DNA of 64,000 nt from Spirochaetia bacterium (GTDB taxonomy: Bacteria > Spirochaetota > Spirochaetia > SZUA-6 > Bin103), in NCBI GenBank assembly GCA_965208575.1, contig CBDBOV010000001.1, positions 256,001-320,000 on the forward strand, written 5' to 3'. A program made the position numbers and the translations under genes. Below the pieces are notes generated by a model, which worked only from the letters and a program-made list of their open reading frames with translations, did not search any database and was not told the origin of the DNA. Positions within the stretch are counted from its first letter, which is position 1. Every line of letters starts with the position of its first letter. Of the stretch, positions 1-15,015 are shown piece after piece.

Positions 1-23
1 AAAATCGGAGTGGGAAGAGATGA

Positions 24-536
24 ATGCCGGCAATTGAACCTAATGATCTTTTACGAACATCCGAGAAACTGATAACGCAATACGGGCGCGGAAGGCCATT
101 GGGGACCCATATCAGACGGTCGGTGAGCACCATCTACTATGCCCTGTTCCACAGCATTGCGGCATCCAACGCGAACATGCTCGCGGGTAACCCGCGAACT
201 AACCGGTACAGCAATGAAGCTTGGACGCAGGTTTACCGTGCGCTGAGTCATGGGATAGCACGAAATCGATGTGAGTCAAAAAAGGAAATGCTCCGGTTCC
301 CGATGGAGATACGATTTATTGCGTCTTACTTCTGTTTCTTTCAAGGGCTACGAGAACTCGCCGACTACAACCCCGATTTGATTCACCCGGCATTCTCCTT
401 TACCGTATCGAATGTAAAGTTCTGGATTCGTGTCGTAACAGCGGCCATCAGGAATTTTGGCCAATTGGAACGCAACAGCCCGAACGCGCTAAACGAATTC
501 GCAGTCTATTTGCTGTTCAACAAGCGACGAGACTAG
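24..536 (+). CDS. HEPN-like domain protein
   Basis: RRSVSTIYYALFH N-terminal motif and RELADY motif typical of HEPN-family proteins; markedly lower GC than the neighbours. Confidence 0.6.
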   Translation: MPAIEPNDLLRTSEKLITQYGRGRPLGTHIRRSVSTIYYALFHSIAASNANMLAGNPRTNRYSNEAWTQVYRALSHGIARNRCESKKEMLRFPMEIRFIASYFCFFQGLRELADYNPDLIHPAFSFTVSNVKFWIRVVTAAIRNFGQLERNSPNALNEFAVYLLFNKRRD

Positions 537-599
537 AATCTTCTTCAGTGCGTATCAGGTTTCGTTTCCGCCCGCAATATCGGATATAATCGGACAGCA

Positions 600-1952
600 A
601 TGGGACCATTCAAGGCGTATGACATTCGGGGGGTGTATGGGGACGAGGTGGACGACACCCTGGCGTATCGGGTGGGGCGCGCGTTTGGCCGGTTTACCGG
701 CGGCGTCGACGTGCTCGGCGGTTATGATGCGCGCACCCACTCGGGCGAGCTGCTGCGCGCCTTCGCGGCCGGTGCGGCGAGCGCGGGCGGCACGCTGTAC
801 GACGCCGGGTGCGTGAGCACGCCGGCGCTGCACTGGCTGCAGATGCAGCGCGGGTACGGCGCCGGGGTGATGGCCACGGCGTCGCACAACCCGCCGCGCT
901 ACCACGGCTTCAAGCTGTTCGACGGCCGCGGCGGCTCGATCGGCTACGCCAGGGGGCTGGCGGAAATCGAGGCCGCGGTGGCCGCCGACGACACCCCGCT
1001 GCCTGCCTCGCTGCCTGCCCCGGCGGCGCTGCCGGCGGCCGCGCTCGACGACTACGTGCGCTTCGCCACCGCCCACGTGCGCCCCGAGGTGCGCGGCATG
1101 AAGGTGGTGATCGACGCCTCGCACGGCTCGGCGGGCGCGCTGGTGCAGGCCGCCGCGGACGCCCTGGGCCTGGACGCCGCCGTGCTGAACGCGGCTCCGG
1201 ACGGTACCTTCCCGGCCCATCCGCCCAACCCGCTGGAGGAGGAGAGCCAGCGCGAGGTGGCGGCGGCGGTGCCCGCGGCCGGCGCCGCGGTCGGCGCTCT
1301 GCTCGACGGCGACGGCGACCGCATCCTGTTCTTCGACGAGACCGGCCGCCCGCTGGAGAGCTCCTTCGCGGGCGCGCTGATCGCCGGCGCCCTGCTGCAG
1401 CGCGCCCCCGGCGCCGCCGTCGTCTACGACCTGGTGTCCTCGCGCGTGTTCCCGGAGGCGATCGCCGCGGCCGGCGGGGTGCCGGTCAAGGCGCGCGTCG
1501 GGTACAGCTTCCTGTATGACGAGATGGTGCGCTCGGGCGCCGTGTACGGCAACGAGACCTCCGGGCACCTGTACTTCCGGGTGCGCGACTCGTTCTACAC
1601 CGAGTCGGCGATCTACGGCCTGGGCGTGCTGCTCAACCTGCTCGTGGAGCGCGCGCGCCCGCTGTCCGAGCTGGCGGCGCCGCTGCGCTCCCGCTACGTG
1701 CAGCAGGAGGAGATCAACATCCGCCTCGACCGGCTGCAGCCGGCCGAGGCGCTGCAGCGCGTGCGCGCGGCGTTTCGCGACGGCGAGCAGGAGGAGCTGG
1801 ACGGGGTCAGCGTGAGCTACGACCGGTTCTGGTTCAACGTGCGCCCGAGCAATACCGAGCCGCTGTTGCGGCTGCGCCTGGAGGCGGTGGACGAAACGGC
1901 GGTCGCGCAGGCCACCGCCCGCATCCTGGAGGTTCTGGAGGCCGGTTCGTGA
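600..1952 (+). CDS. phosphomannomutase/phosphoglucomutase
   Basis: FKAYDIRG start, TASHNP catalytic serine loop, DGDGDR metal loop, NETSGH and RPSNTEP motifs. Confidence 0.95.
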   Translation: MGPFKAYDIRGVYGDEVDDTLAYRVGRAFGRFTGGVDVLGGYDARTHSGELLRAFAAGAASAGGTLYDAGCVSTPALHWLQMQRGYGAGVMATASHNPPRYHGFKLFDGRGGSIGYARGLAEIEAAVAADDTPLPASLPAPAALPAAALDDYVRFATAHVRPEVRGMKVVIDASHGSAGALVQAAADALGLDAAVLNAAPDGTFPAHPPNPLEEESQREVAAAVPAAGAAVGALLDGDGDRILFFDETGRPLESSFAGALIAGALLQRAPGAAVVYDLVSSRVFPEAIAAAGGVPVKARVGYSFLYDEMVRSGAVYGNETSGHLYFRVRDSFYTESAIYGLGVLLNLLVERARPLSELAAPLRSRYVQQEEINIRLDRLQPAEALQRVRAAFRDGEQEELDGVSVSYDRFWFNVRPSNTEPLLRLRLEAVDETAVAQATARILEVLEAGS

Positions 1953-2500
1953 AGCTGCGCTACAACTCGCCCGCGGTGCTCTCCTACGCGCTGCTCGCGG
2001 TGGCGGTGCTGGTGGCCGACTTCTTCTTCCGCGGCCAGGTTTCGCGCACCTTCTTTGCGGCGCCGCCGGTGTTCGACTTCGCCTCCCCGCTGGACTACTT
2101 CCGGCTGGTGTCGCACGTGGCGGGGCACGCCGGCTGGGAGCACCTGGTGGCGAACTTCGCGCTGATCCTGCTGATCGGGCCGATCCTGGAGGAGAAGTAC
2201 GGCACCGGGCCGCTGCTGGCGATGATGCTGGTGACCGCGGTGGTGACCGGCGTGATCAACGTGCTGTTCCTGGACACCGGCCTGCTGGGCGCGAGCGGCA
2301 TCGTGTTCATGATGATCCTCTTGTCGTCGTTCACCAACATCGCCAGCGGCGAGATTCCGCTCACCTTCGTGCTGGTGGTGGTGGTGTACCTGGCGCGCGA
2401 GGTGGTCGGTGCGTTGAACGAGGACAGCGTGGCCCAGTTCGCCCACATCGCCGGCGGCGTGTGCGGCAGCCTGTTCGGGTTCGCGGTGAAGCGCAAGTAG
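1949..2500 (+). CDS. rhomboid family intramembrane serine protease
   Basis: Hydrophobic protein with HLVAN, GASG catalytic serine and AHIAG histidine; GTGA overlap with the upstream gene. Confidence 0.88.
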   Translation: MKLRYNSPAVLSYALLAVAVLVADFFFRGQVSRTFFAAPPVFDFASPLDYFRLVSHVAGHAGWEHLVANFALILLIGPILEEKYGTGPLLAMMLVTAVVTGVINVLFLDTGLLGASGIVFMMILLSSFTNIASGEIPLTFVLVVVVYLAREVVGALNEDSVAQFAHIAGGVCGSLFGFAVKRK

Positions 2501-2575
2501 CAGCGCGCGGCTGCGGCGGGCCGGCGGGCGCGAACGGGCGCCGCGCGGTCCGGTTTTCTGCTATCTTTGCACTCC

Positions 2576-3669
<1,094 letters not shown>

Positions 3670-3673
<4 letters not shown>

Positions 3674-4548
3674 CGCTGCAGGCGGCGGCCCCCACGGTGC
3701 GCGGGGCGGTGCTCGCCGGCCGCGACCGGCTGCGCGACGCCGGTGCGGACACTCCCTACCTGGACGCGGTGGTGCTGCTCGCGCATGCGCTCGGGGTGTC
3801 CAAGGAGCGGCTGTTCGCGGCCTATCCCGATCCGTTGCCGGCGGCTGCGCGCGACCGCTTCCGGCGGCTCGTGGCACGGCGCGGAGCCGGTGAGCCGGTG
3901 GCCTATCTGCGCGGCCGCAAGGAATTCTATGGACGCCCGTTCCTGGTCGACCGCTCGGTACTGATCCCGCGCCCGGAGACGGAGCTGCTGGTGGTGGCGG
4001 TGCTGTGCGCCGGCGATCGGCTGGCCGCGGCGCGCGGCGGCGCGGTGGCGCTGCACGACGTGGGCACCGGCTCCGGCGCCATTGCCGTAACGGTGAGCCT
4101 GGAACGGCCCGGCTGGCGGGTCGGCGCCTCCGACGTGTCGCCGGCCGCGGTGGCGGTGGCGGAGCGCAACCGCCACCGCCTGGGCGCCGCCGGCGTGCGC
4201 CTGGAGGTGTGCGACCTGCTGCCCGCGGCGCCGGCGCGCTGGGACCTGGTGGCGGCCAACCTGCCGTACCTGTCGAGCGGCGAGGTGGCCGCGCTGCGCC
4301 GCCGCTGCTGGCCGGAGCCGGAGCTGGCCCTGGACGGCGCCGCCGACGGGCTGGCCCCGAGCCGCCGGCTCATCGACCGCGCGCGGGGCCGCCTGCGGCC
4401 GGGCGGCGCGCTGCTCCTGGAGACCGCCGCCGACCGCGCGGACGAGTTGGCCGGCTACCTGGAGGAGCGCGCCTTCGCACCGGTAACGGTGGAGCGCGAC
4501 CTGGCCGGCCGACCGCGCGTGGTTACCGCGTACCGGGGACCGCGGTGA
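3670..4548 (+). CDS. prmC: release factor glutamine methyltransferase (HemK)
   Basis: [15 protein letters not shown] and NLPY motifs; directly follows prfA. Confidence 0.95.
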
Positions 4549-7115
4549 GCCGGACGACGGCGCGCCCAGGTGCGCCCGCATGCGGCGGACGTGCCGGCCC
4601 AGGGCCGAAGCTCGCCGCCCGTTCCGTGGCAACCGGTGACCGGCTGCCGACGCGCCGAGCGCGCGGCCGCGCTGCCGCTGTCGCCGCGCCGGCGGGCAGT
4701 ACTACCGTCACCGGCGTGAGCCCCGGCGCGGCTCCCGTGTCCGGCGCCGCTCCGGCACCGGGTTGCGCCGCGCCCCCAGGCGCGACAACGCGCGCGGCGG
4801 CGGCGTCGGGCGCGGCTGGGCCATCGGCCAAAGCGCGCGGCGCAGCCTTGGCTTCGAGCGACGCCGCTCACGCATCCGGCACCGCGGGAACACTCGGCAC
4901 CGCAGGAGCCGCCGGCACCGCAGGAGCCGCCGGCACCGCGGGAGCCGCCGGCACCGCGGGGGCCACCGCCACGGCTCCTGCCGCCAGAGGCCTGGACCTC
5001 GGTGCCGGGGACGCGGCTGCCGTTGCGCCGCCGAAGGCGCCGGTCGCGGTGCGCGACAGCGGCCCGCATGCCGGCTACCCGCGGGTAACCGCGGCCTCGC
5101 GCCGGCTGGTGAACCGGTTCTGCGAACGGCTCGACGCCGCCGGCGACGAATACGACGACGAGGCGCGGCGCAAGATTGTCGCGGCCGCCCGCTGGGCCAA
5201 CGCGCGCCACTCCGGCCAGTTCCGGGCGTCGGGCGATCCGTTCATCATCCATCCCCTGGAAGTGGCGGCGATTCTGATCGAAACCTGCCTCGACACCACG
5301 ACCGTGGTGGCGGCATTGCTGCACGACGTGGTGGAAGACACCGACTCCACGCCGGAGGAACTCGGCGACACCTTCGGCAGGGAGGTGGCCAACCTGGTGG
5401 AGGGGGTCACCAAGATCTCCATCATCAAGGGGCAGAGCCACTGGGCGCGCGCGGCGGAGTCGATCCGCAAGATGCTGTTCGCGATGGTGCGCGACGTGCG
5501 GGTGATCCTGATCAAGCTCGCCGACAAGCTGCACAACATGCGCACCCTGGAGGCGCTCAACGAGGAGAACCGCGTGCGCATCGCGCGCGAGTGCATGGAC
5601 ATCTACTGCCCGCTGGCGGGGCGGCTGGGCCTGTACCGGATCCGCACCGAGCTGGAGGACCTGGCGATGAAGTACCTCCACCCGCGCGTGTACGAACATC
5701 TGAAGGAATTCGTGGCCGCGACCCGGGCGGAGCGCGACGCCCTGCTGGAGCAGATCACCGAGCAGATCACGGAGGCGGCGCAGGGGCGCAACCTGCACCT
5801 GCGCGTGGAGAGCCGCGCCAAGCACTTCTACTCCATCTACCAGAAGATGAAGGAGCGCGGGCACGCCGCCGACGAGATCTACGACCTGCTCGGAGTGCGC
5901 ATCGTGTGCTCCTCCACCCACGAATGCTACGAGATTCTGGGCCTGGTGCATCAACTGTGGAAGCCGATCGAGGGGCGCTTCAAGGACTACATCGCGATGC
6001 CCAAGTCGAACCGGTACCAGAGCCTGCACACCACGGTGATGGGGCCGGGCGGGGCGACCATCGAGATTCAGATCCGCAGCAGCGAGATGCACGAGACCGC
6101 CGAGAACGGCATCGCGGCCCACTGGCTGTACAAGTCGCGGCGCAACGGCGATACCTCCACCGTGACGCGCGAGTTGTCGATCATCAACAAGCTGCGCGAC
6201 TGGCAGGGGGCGCAGGCCGCCTCCACCGACTTTCTGAGCGAGATCAAGCTCGAGCTGCTGCGTGACTCGATCTACGTGTTCACGCCCAAGGGCGACATCA
6301 TCGAGTTGCCGCGCGGATCCACGCCGATCGACTTCGCCTATCATATCCATACGGAAATCGGCAACCGCTGCCTGGCGGCGAAGGCGAACGGCTCCATCGT
6401 GGCGCTGTCCGCGGAACTGAAGAACACCCAGGTCATTCAGATCATTACCAACGCGCGCGCGCGACCGCACGTCGGCTGGCTGCGGTCGGTGAAGACCTCG
6501 CGTGCGCGGCAGAAGATTCGCCACTGGCTGACGCAGGAAAACCCCGACCTGATCATCCAGCGCAACATCGTGGCGCAACCGGCGCGGCCGCCGGCGCCGC
6601 CTCGCCCGCGCCCGGCGGAGCGCAAGCCGGAAGCGGCGCCGGCGCCGCGGCCCGACGTCGACGACGCGGCGTGGCGGGTGGGGCTGGCGCAAGGCAACGA
6701 CGCCGGCCTGCTGATCCAGTTGGCGCGCTGTTGCCGGCCCAAGCCGTCCGACGAGATTGTCGGCTACGTGTCGCGTGGGCGCGGCATCATCGTGCACCGG
6801 GCGCGCTGCGCCAACGCAAGCAACATCCGCGACTTCCACGAGCGCGCGGTGGAGGTGGCGTGGGAGACGCCGGACCCGCGGCAGAGCTACAGCTTCTCGG
6901 TAACCGCGGAGCCGGATGCGCGCCTCTACTCGGAGATCGAACGGATCATCCACAAGGACGGCGGCAAGCTGCTGTCGGGCAAGCTGGAGGAGAACGCGGA
7001 GGCGAACCTGACTGGGCGCTTCACGATCGAGGTCAACAGCCGGCGCGACTACGGGCGCGTGGTCAAGCACCTGAAGAGCCTGGACGCGGTCAAGTCGCTG
7101 CACCGCCTGAGTTGA
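4545..7115 (+). CDS. rel: bifunctional (p)ppGpp synthetase/hydrolase (long RSH); start uncertain
   Basis: LLHDVVED hydrolase motif, RFKDY and EIQIR synthetase motifs, TGS domain (VFTPKG, DFAY), CC and ACT-like C-terminus; GTG 4545 overlaps the prmC stop, but recognisable sequence starts only near 5100. Confidence 0.9.
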   Translation: MSRTTARPGAPACGGRAGPGPKLAARSVATGDRLPTRRARGRAAAVAAPAGSTTVTGVSPGAAPVSGAAPAPGCAAPPGATTRAAAASGAAGPSAKARGAALASSDAAHASGTAGTLGTAGAAGTAGAAGTAGAAGTAGATATAPAARGLDLGAGDAAAVAPPKAPVAVRDSGPHAGYPRVTAASRRLVNRFCERLDAAGDEYDDEARRKIVAAARWANARHSGQFRASGDPFIIHPLEVAAILIETCLDTTTVVAALLHDVVEDTDSTPEELGDTFGREVANLVEGVTKISIIKGQSHWARAAESIRKMLFAMVRDVRVILIKLADKLHNMRTLEALNEENRVRIARECMDIYCPLAGRLGLYRIRTELEDLAMKYLHPRVYEHLKEFVAATRAERDALLEQITEQITEAAQGRNLHLRVESRAKHFYSIYQKMKERGHAADEIYDLLGVRIVCSSTHECYEILGLVHQLWKPIEGRFKDYIAMPKSNRYQSLHTTVMGPGGATIEIQIRSSEMHETAENGIAAHWLYKSRRNGDTSTVTRELSIINKLRDWQGAQAASTDFLSEIKLELLRDSIYVFTPKGDIIELPRGSTPIDFAYHIHTEIGNRCLAAKANGSIVALSAELKNTQVIQIITNARARPHVGWLRSVKTSRARQKIRHWLTQENPDLIIQRNIVAQPARPPAPPRPRPAERKPEAAPAPRPDVDDAAWRVGLAQGNDAGLLIQLARCCRPKPSDEIVGYVSRGRGIIVHRARCANASNIRDFHERAVEVAWETPDPRQSYSFSVTAEPDARLYSEIERIIHKDGGKLLSGKLEENAEANLTGRFTIEVNSRRDYGRVVKHLKSLDAVKSLHRLS
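4878..4967 (+). repeat. 18-bp tandem repeat, about 5 copies (encodes GTAGAA)
   Basis: ggcaccgc(a/g)ggagccgcc repeated in tandem. Confidence 0.85.
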
Positions 7116-8133
7116 CGCGGGCCGCGGCCGCGCAGCGGCGGGGGGCAGGCGTGCGGCGCAGCCAGCCGTGGTCCAGGTACCACCGCGCGGTGAGGGCGAT
7201 GGCGTCGCGGGTGGCGAGCCGCGGGCGGTAGCCGAGCTGCGCGGCGATGCGGGAGGTGGCCAGGAGCCAGGCCGGTTGCGCGATTTCGCGCAGCTTGTCG
7301 CGGCTCAGCAGCAGGTCGCGGCGCAACAGGCGGCCGGCGGCGGCCAGGGGCAGGCCGGCGACGGTGAGCGCCGCCCGCGGCACCGGTACGCGCACGGCGC
7401 GGCGTCCGTATGCCTCCGCGATCCAGCGCGCGACGGTATTCATGGTGAGCACGCCGTGGTCGGCGACGTGGTAGACGCGCTGGCCGGAGGGCTGCGGGCG
7501 GTCGAGGGCGAGCAGGAGCGCATCCACCAGGTTGCCGACGTACACCATGCTCAGCCGGCTGGCGGGCACCAGTTCCGGGCGCAGGCCGCCGTGCACGAGC
7601 CGGAAGTAGGCGAAGATGTCGCGGTCGCCGGGGCCGTATACCGACGGCGGGCGCACCACCGTCACCGGCAGCCGTGGATGGCGCAGGCGCACGCGCTCGG
7701 CGGCCAGCTTGCTGCGCCCGTACGCGGTAACCGGCGCCGGCGGATCGTCCTCGCGGCGCGGGCGGCGCGGGGAGGACGGCCCTGCCGCCGCCTGGCTGCT
7801 GACGATGATGAGCTGTTGCAGGGCCGGTGCGGCGCGCGCGGCAGCAGCACACAGCGCCGCGGTGCCGCCGCGGTTCACCTCGTGCAGGGCGCGCGGCGTC
7901 CAGGAGCGGGTCAGCCCGGCCAGGTGCACCACGGCATCGGCGCCGCGCAACAGGCGTTCGAGCGCGGCGCGGTCGGCCAGGTGCGGCGCCACGATCGGCT
8001 GTGCGGCGGCGGGCAGCGCGGCGCGGTCGCTGGTGGGGCGCAGCAGGCAGCGCACCGCGTCGCCGCGCGCGGCCAGCGCCGCTGCCAGGTGGGAGCCGAT
8101 GAACCCGGTGCCGCCGGTAACCGCTACCCGCAT
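7090..8133 (-). CDS. NAD-dependent epimerase/dehydratase family protein
   Basis: MRVAVTGGTGFIG Rossmann motif, YGRSK catalytic motif, VYGPGD. Confidence 0.92.
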   Translation of the reverse strand: MRVAVTGGTGFIGSHLAAALAARGDAVRCLLRPTSDRAALPAAAQPIVAPHLADRAALERLLRGADAVVHLAGLTRSWTPRALHEVNRGGTAALCAAAARAAPALQQLIIVSSQAAAGPSSPRRPRREDDPPAPVTAYGRSKLAAERVRLRHPRLPVTVVRPPSVYGPGDRDIFAYFRLVHGGLRPELVPASRLSMVYVGNLVDALLLALDRPQPSGQRVYHVADHGVLTMNTVARWIAEAYGRRAVRVPVPRAALTVAGLPLAAAGRLLRRDLLLSRDKLREIAQPAWLLATSRIAAQLGYRPRLATRDAIALTARWYLDHGWLRRTPAPRRCAAAARVNSGGAAT

Positions 8134-8492
8134 CGCGGTCCGCCCGGCGGCAACCCTCGGCGGCGCAGGCCGGGCCGCCGCGGTGCGCAAGGCAGGCGGT
8201 ACCGCCGCGCGACCGGACCGGTCCGCACCCGGTGGCATGCCGGCACCGACGAGGCGTGCGAAGGCAAGCGCAAACCTGCGGTCCCGAAACCGAACGGACA
8301 GGCCCGCAACGGGTGGCCAGGCGCTCCGGCGCGCCACCACCCCGGCGGCCGCTTGACGGCGTGCAGCCGTGCGCCGGGCGCCCGCACGGCGCCATGTCCG
8401 GACCGGTCGGCGCTCACGCCGCCGTCAATCGCCGATCGTGATCAACGGTACGCGGGCGGGGGTGGCGAGAGTGTGCGGTCCGCGCCCTTCGT

Positions 8493-8918
8493 TCAACGGT
8501 TGGCGGGCCCGGCGGCCGCGGGCCCGGCGTGCGTGGGGACTGCGTGCTCGTACCACTCGGGGCCTTCCTCGCCCGGTTCGGGCAGCACGTGGCCGCCCTC
8601 CATCGACCAGGATGCGGGGCCCTCGGTGATGCGGCCGCCCAACTGGTGGTCGGGCACGCCGGTGACATCCTGGAAGGCGCGCATCAACTCGCCGAGCAGG
8701 CGCTCCTTCAGTTCGGGCGGGCGGCCGGCCCTGTTGCCGCCGTCGATGTAGTAGGGTTCGGCGAATTCGCCGGTGTCGTCCGCGGCGAACGTCACGTGCA
8801 CGAAGCTGCGCGGTGCGCCGGTCATGCCGCAGTGGACGTCGGTAATCGCCTTGGCGACCCGCTGTCGCTGGTCGAACGGGATCGCGTCCTTCGGGACGAC
8901 GCAACGGTAATATGGCAC
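8493..8918 (-). CDS. tautomerase-superfamily protein, cis-CaaD/Cg10062-like
   Basis: GTG start followed by Pro-1; AITDVH (His-28), RAGR arginine pair, MEGG..LPEPGEE C-terminus. Confidence 0.8.
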   Translation of the reverse strand: MPYYRCVVPKDAIPFDQRQRVAKAITDVHCGMTGAPRSFVHVTFAADDTGEFAEPYYIDGGNRAGRPPELKERLLGELMRAFQDVTGVPDHQLGGRITEGPASWSMEGGHVLPEPGEEGPEWYEHAVPTHAGPAAAGPANR

Positions 8919-8944
8919 TTTGAACTCTCCTCTTCGGTCGCCTG

Positions 8945-9277
8945 TCAATCCGGGGGCGGGCGGTCGCGCGCCGACACGATCAGTTCGTCCACGGTGCAGC
9001 CGGTTACCTCGCACCACATGTCGCAGATCCGCCGCATCAGGTCGACGCGCACTTCCTGTTCACAACCCGGCGGTATTGATCCGCGCACCAGCGACGTGGT
9101 GGAGATCTCGCCGCCGCGAAAGCCGTAGCCGTGCGGAATTACCTCGAACTCCACCGCCACGCGGTCCGGCGAGCCGCCGAGCACGTCGGTGGCGATCTCC
9201 GCCAACCGCGACCGCAACGCCGGCCACAGACCCTGCTCCACCGCCCGCTCCTGTACAATGCACCTGAAACTGATCAC
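8945..9277 (-). CDS. tautomerase-fold-like protein lacking Pro-1
   Basis: Two beta-alpha-beta-like units, GFRGG motif; co-oriented directly upstream of the cis-CaaD-like gene. Confidence 0.55.
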   Translation of the reverse strand: MISFRCIVQERAVEQGLWPALRSRLAEIATDVLGGSPDRVAVEFEVIPHGYGFRGGEISTTSLVRGSIPPGCEQEVRVDLMRRICDMWCEVTGCTVDELIVSARDRPPPD

Positions 9278-9361
9278 CCTGATTCGTCCGTTCCGCCAAA
9301 ACCTACCACGGCACTCGCGTGCCGTGCACCTCTCCTGGCGCCACTCGCGTCATTCAGGATC

Positions 9362-9571
9362 TCATCGGCGCATCTGCTCCCGCTCCAATCGCGCTCCCCG
9401 CAACTCGGCCTGCCAATCGCGCAACTCGGACTGCAAGTCGCGCAACTCGCACTGCAAGTGGCCCAACTCGTGGCGGAACTCCAGGCGAAGCCCCTGGCAC
9501 AGCGCAACGAACATGACGGAGAGGACTATCGTCATGGCGATGATTGCCACGAGTTCTACGCTGATGCTCAC
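9362..9571 (-). CDS. small membrane-anchored coiled-coil protein
   Basis: Hydrophobic N-terminus then heptads (ELGHLQC, ELRDLQS, ELRDWQA) encoded by degenerate 21-bp repeats. Confidence 0.5.
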   Translation of the reverse strand: MSISVELVAIIAMTIVLSVMFVALCQGLRLEFRHELGHLQCELRDLQSELRDWQAELRGARLEREQMRR

Positions 9572-9802
9572 CAACCGGTGCCTCCTGTCGACTTGCCGCT
9601 CGTACCGAAACAAGCGCCGAGACGCGGTGGATGGTGCTGCGCCGACGCTCCACTGACTTCAATCTCAAGGCGGCACGCCGGCTGTGCGCTCACGGACTCG
9701 TCTGTCCATGTGCCGCCACAGTCGCGATCTTACCGTGCGTCGGGCCGGCTGTCACTCGGCTGCACCGCCGTATCGCCGTAGCCACGTCAGGCCGGGTGCG
9801 GG

Positions 9803-14190
<4,388 letters not shown>

Positions 14191-14194
<4 letters not shown>

Positions 14195-14640
14195 GCGCTC
14201 GGCTCCGAACCCGCCGCCGCCACCGGGTTCCACACGCGCGAGAATCCGAACTCTGCGAAGTGCCGCGTGTTCGCGGTAGCCAACTCGGTGACCCCGTGAT
14301 GGCGCAGGGTCAGCGCCAATCGGGTATCGATGATCTTGCGCCGTGCGAACCCGGCGCTGCCCGCGCGCCGCCATACGTCGCCCATCACCGGGGCGCACTC
14401 GACCAGGCGCCAACGCGCGTTGTTGCGGTAGCGAGTGCACACGGCGGCCGCCTCCGTGGCGCCGAGCGGACGGGAGACGATCGCCGCACTGCGCAAGACC
14501 AGGTACAGCTCGATCAGCACCAGCTCGCAGATGACGATTTCGCGATCCCGGCATTGGCTGACGAACGCTCGGGCGGCGTCGTGTTGCAGGGCGCGGGTGT
14601 TCTGCGCGTACACCAGCAGGTTGGTGTCGATGGACAGCAC
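14191..14640 (-). CDS. vapC: VapC-family PIN domain toxin
   Basis: IDTNLLVY start, conserved E, D(TRLA) and T-N motifs. Confidence 0.88.
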
Positions 14641-14644
14641 GCGG

Positions 14645-14887
14645 TCAACCGTCCCCGGCGGGGTCGTTCACGATCAGCCGCCAATCCTCCTCCGGCGCCC
14701 TGAATGGGCCGAGGTCGCTTGGCTCCGGCGGACACCACGGCTCCTCGTTCGCAACCGGCGGGTACACCTGCGTGATGTACTCGACGCCGCGGCGTACCAC
14801 CTCCGCCAGCGACATCTCCCGCTCGCGTGCTACCCGCTTCACTTCCTCGTACAGCGCATCGGGAAGCTGGACCTGCGTCCGCACCAT
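14645..14887 (-). CDS. RHH/CopG-type antitoxin
   Basis: [10 protein letters not shown]...SLAEVVRR ribbon-helix-helix pattern; immediately upstream of the PIN gene. Confidence 0.85.
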   Translation of the reverse strand: MVRTQVQLPDALYEEVKRVAREREMSLAEVVRRGVEYITQVYPPVANEEPWCPPEPSDLGPFRAPEEDWRLIVNDPAGDG

Positions 14888-14954
14888 GCCATCATTTTAG
14901 CATGATTACATTTATACATCGACATACCCGCGTTGCATCCGTTGGTGCGCGCGC

Positions 14955-14982
14955 TTGACACGGGGCGGGAGTGCAATATGGT
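14955..14982 (+). promoter_or_regulatory. putative sigma70 promoter of the sugar ABC operon
   Basis: TTGACA-N16-TATGGT upstream of the GAGGAGG RBS and ATG 15016. Confidence 0.45.
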
Positions 14983-15015
14983 GGGGTACCACAAGCACAT
15001 TCAGAGGAGGCAGAC

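Noticed and set aside
4005-4544. Extended 1036-aa start for rel
   Set aside because: Overlaps prmC in another frame; GTG 4545 or a later start is more plausible.
14195-14554. N-terminal extension of the 1583-aa helicase ORF
   Set aside because: Overlaps vapC; the domain begins at GTG 14194.
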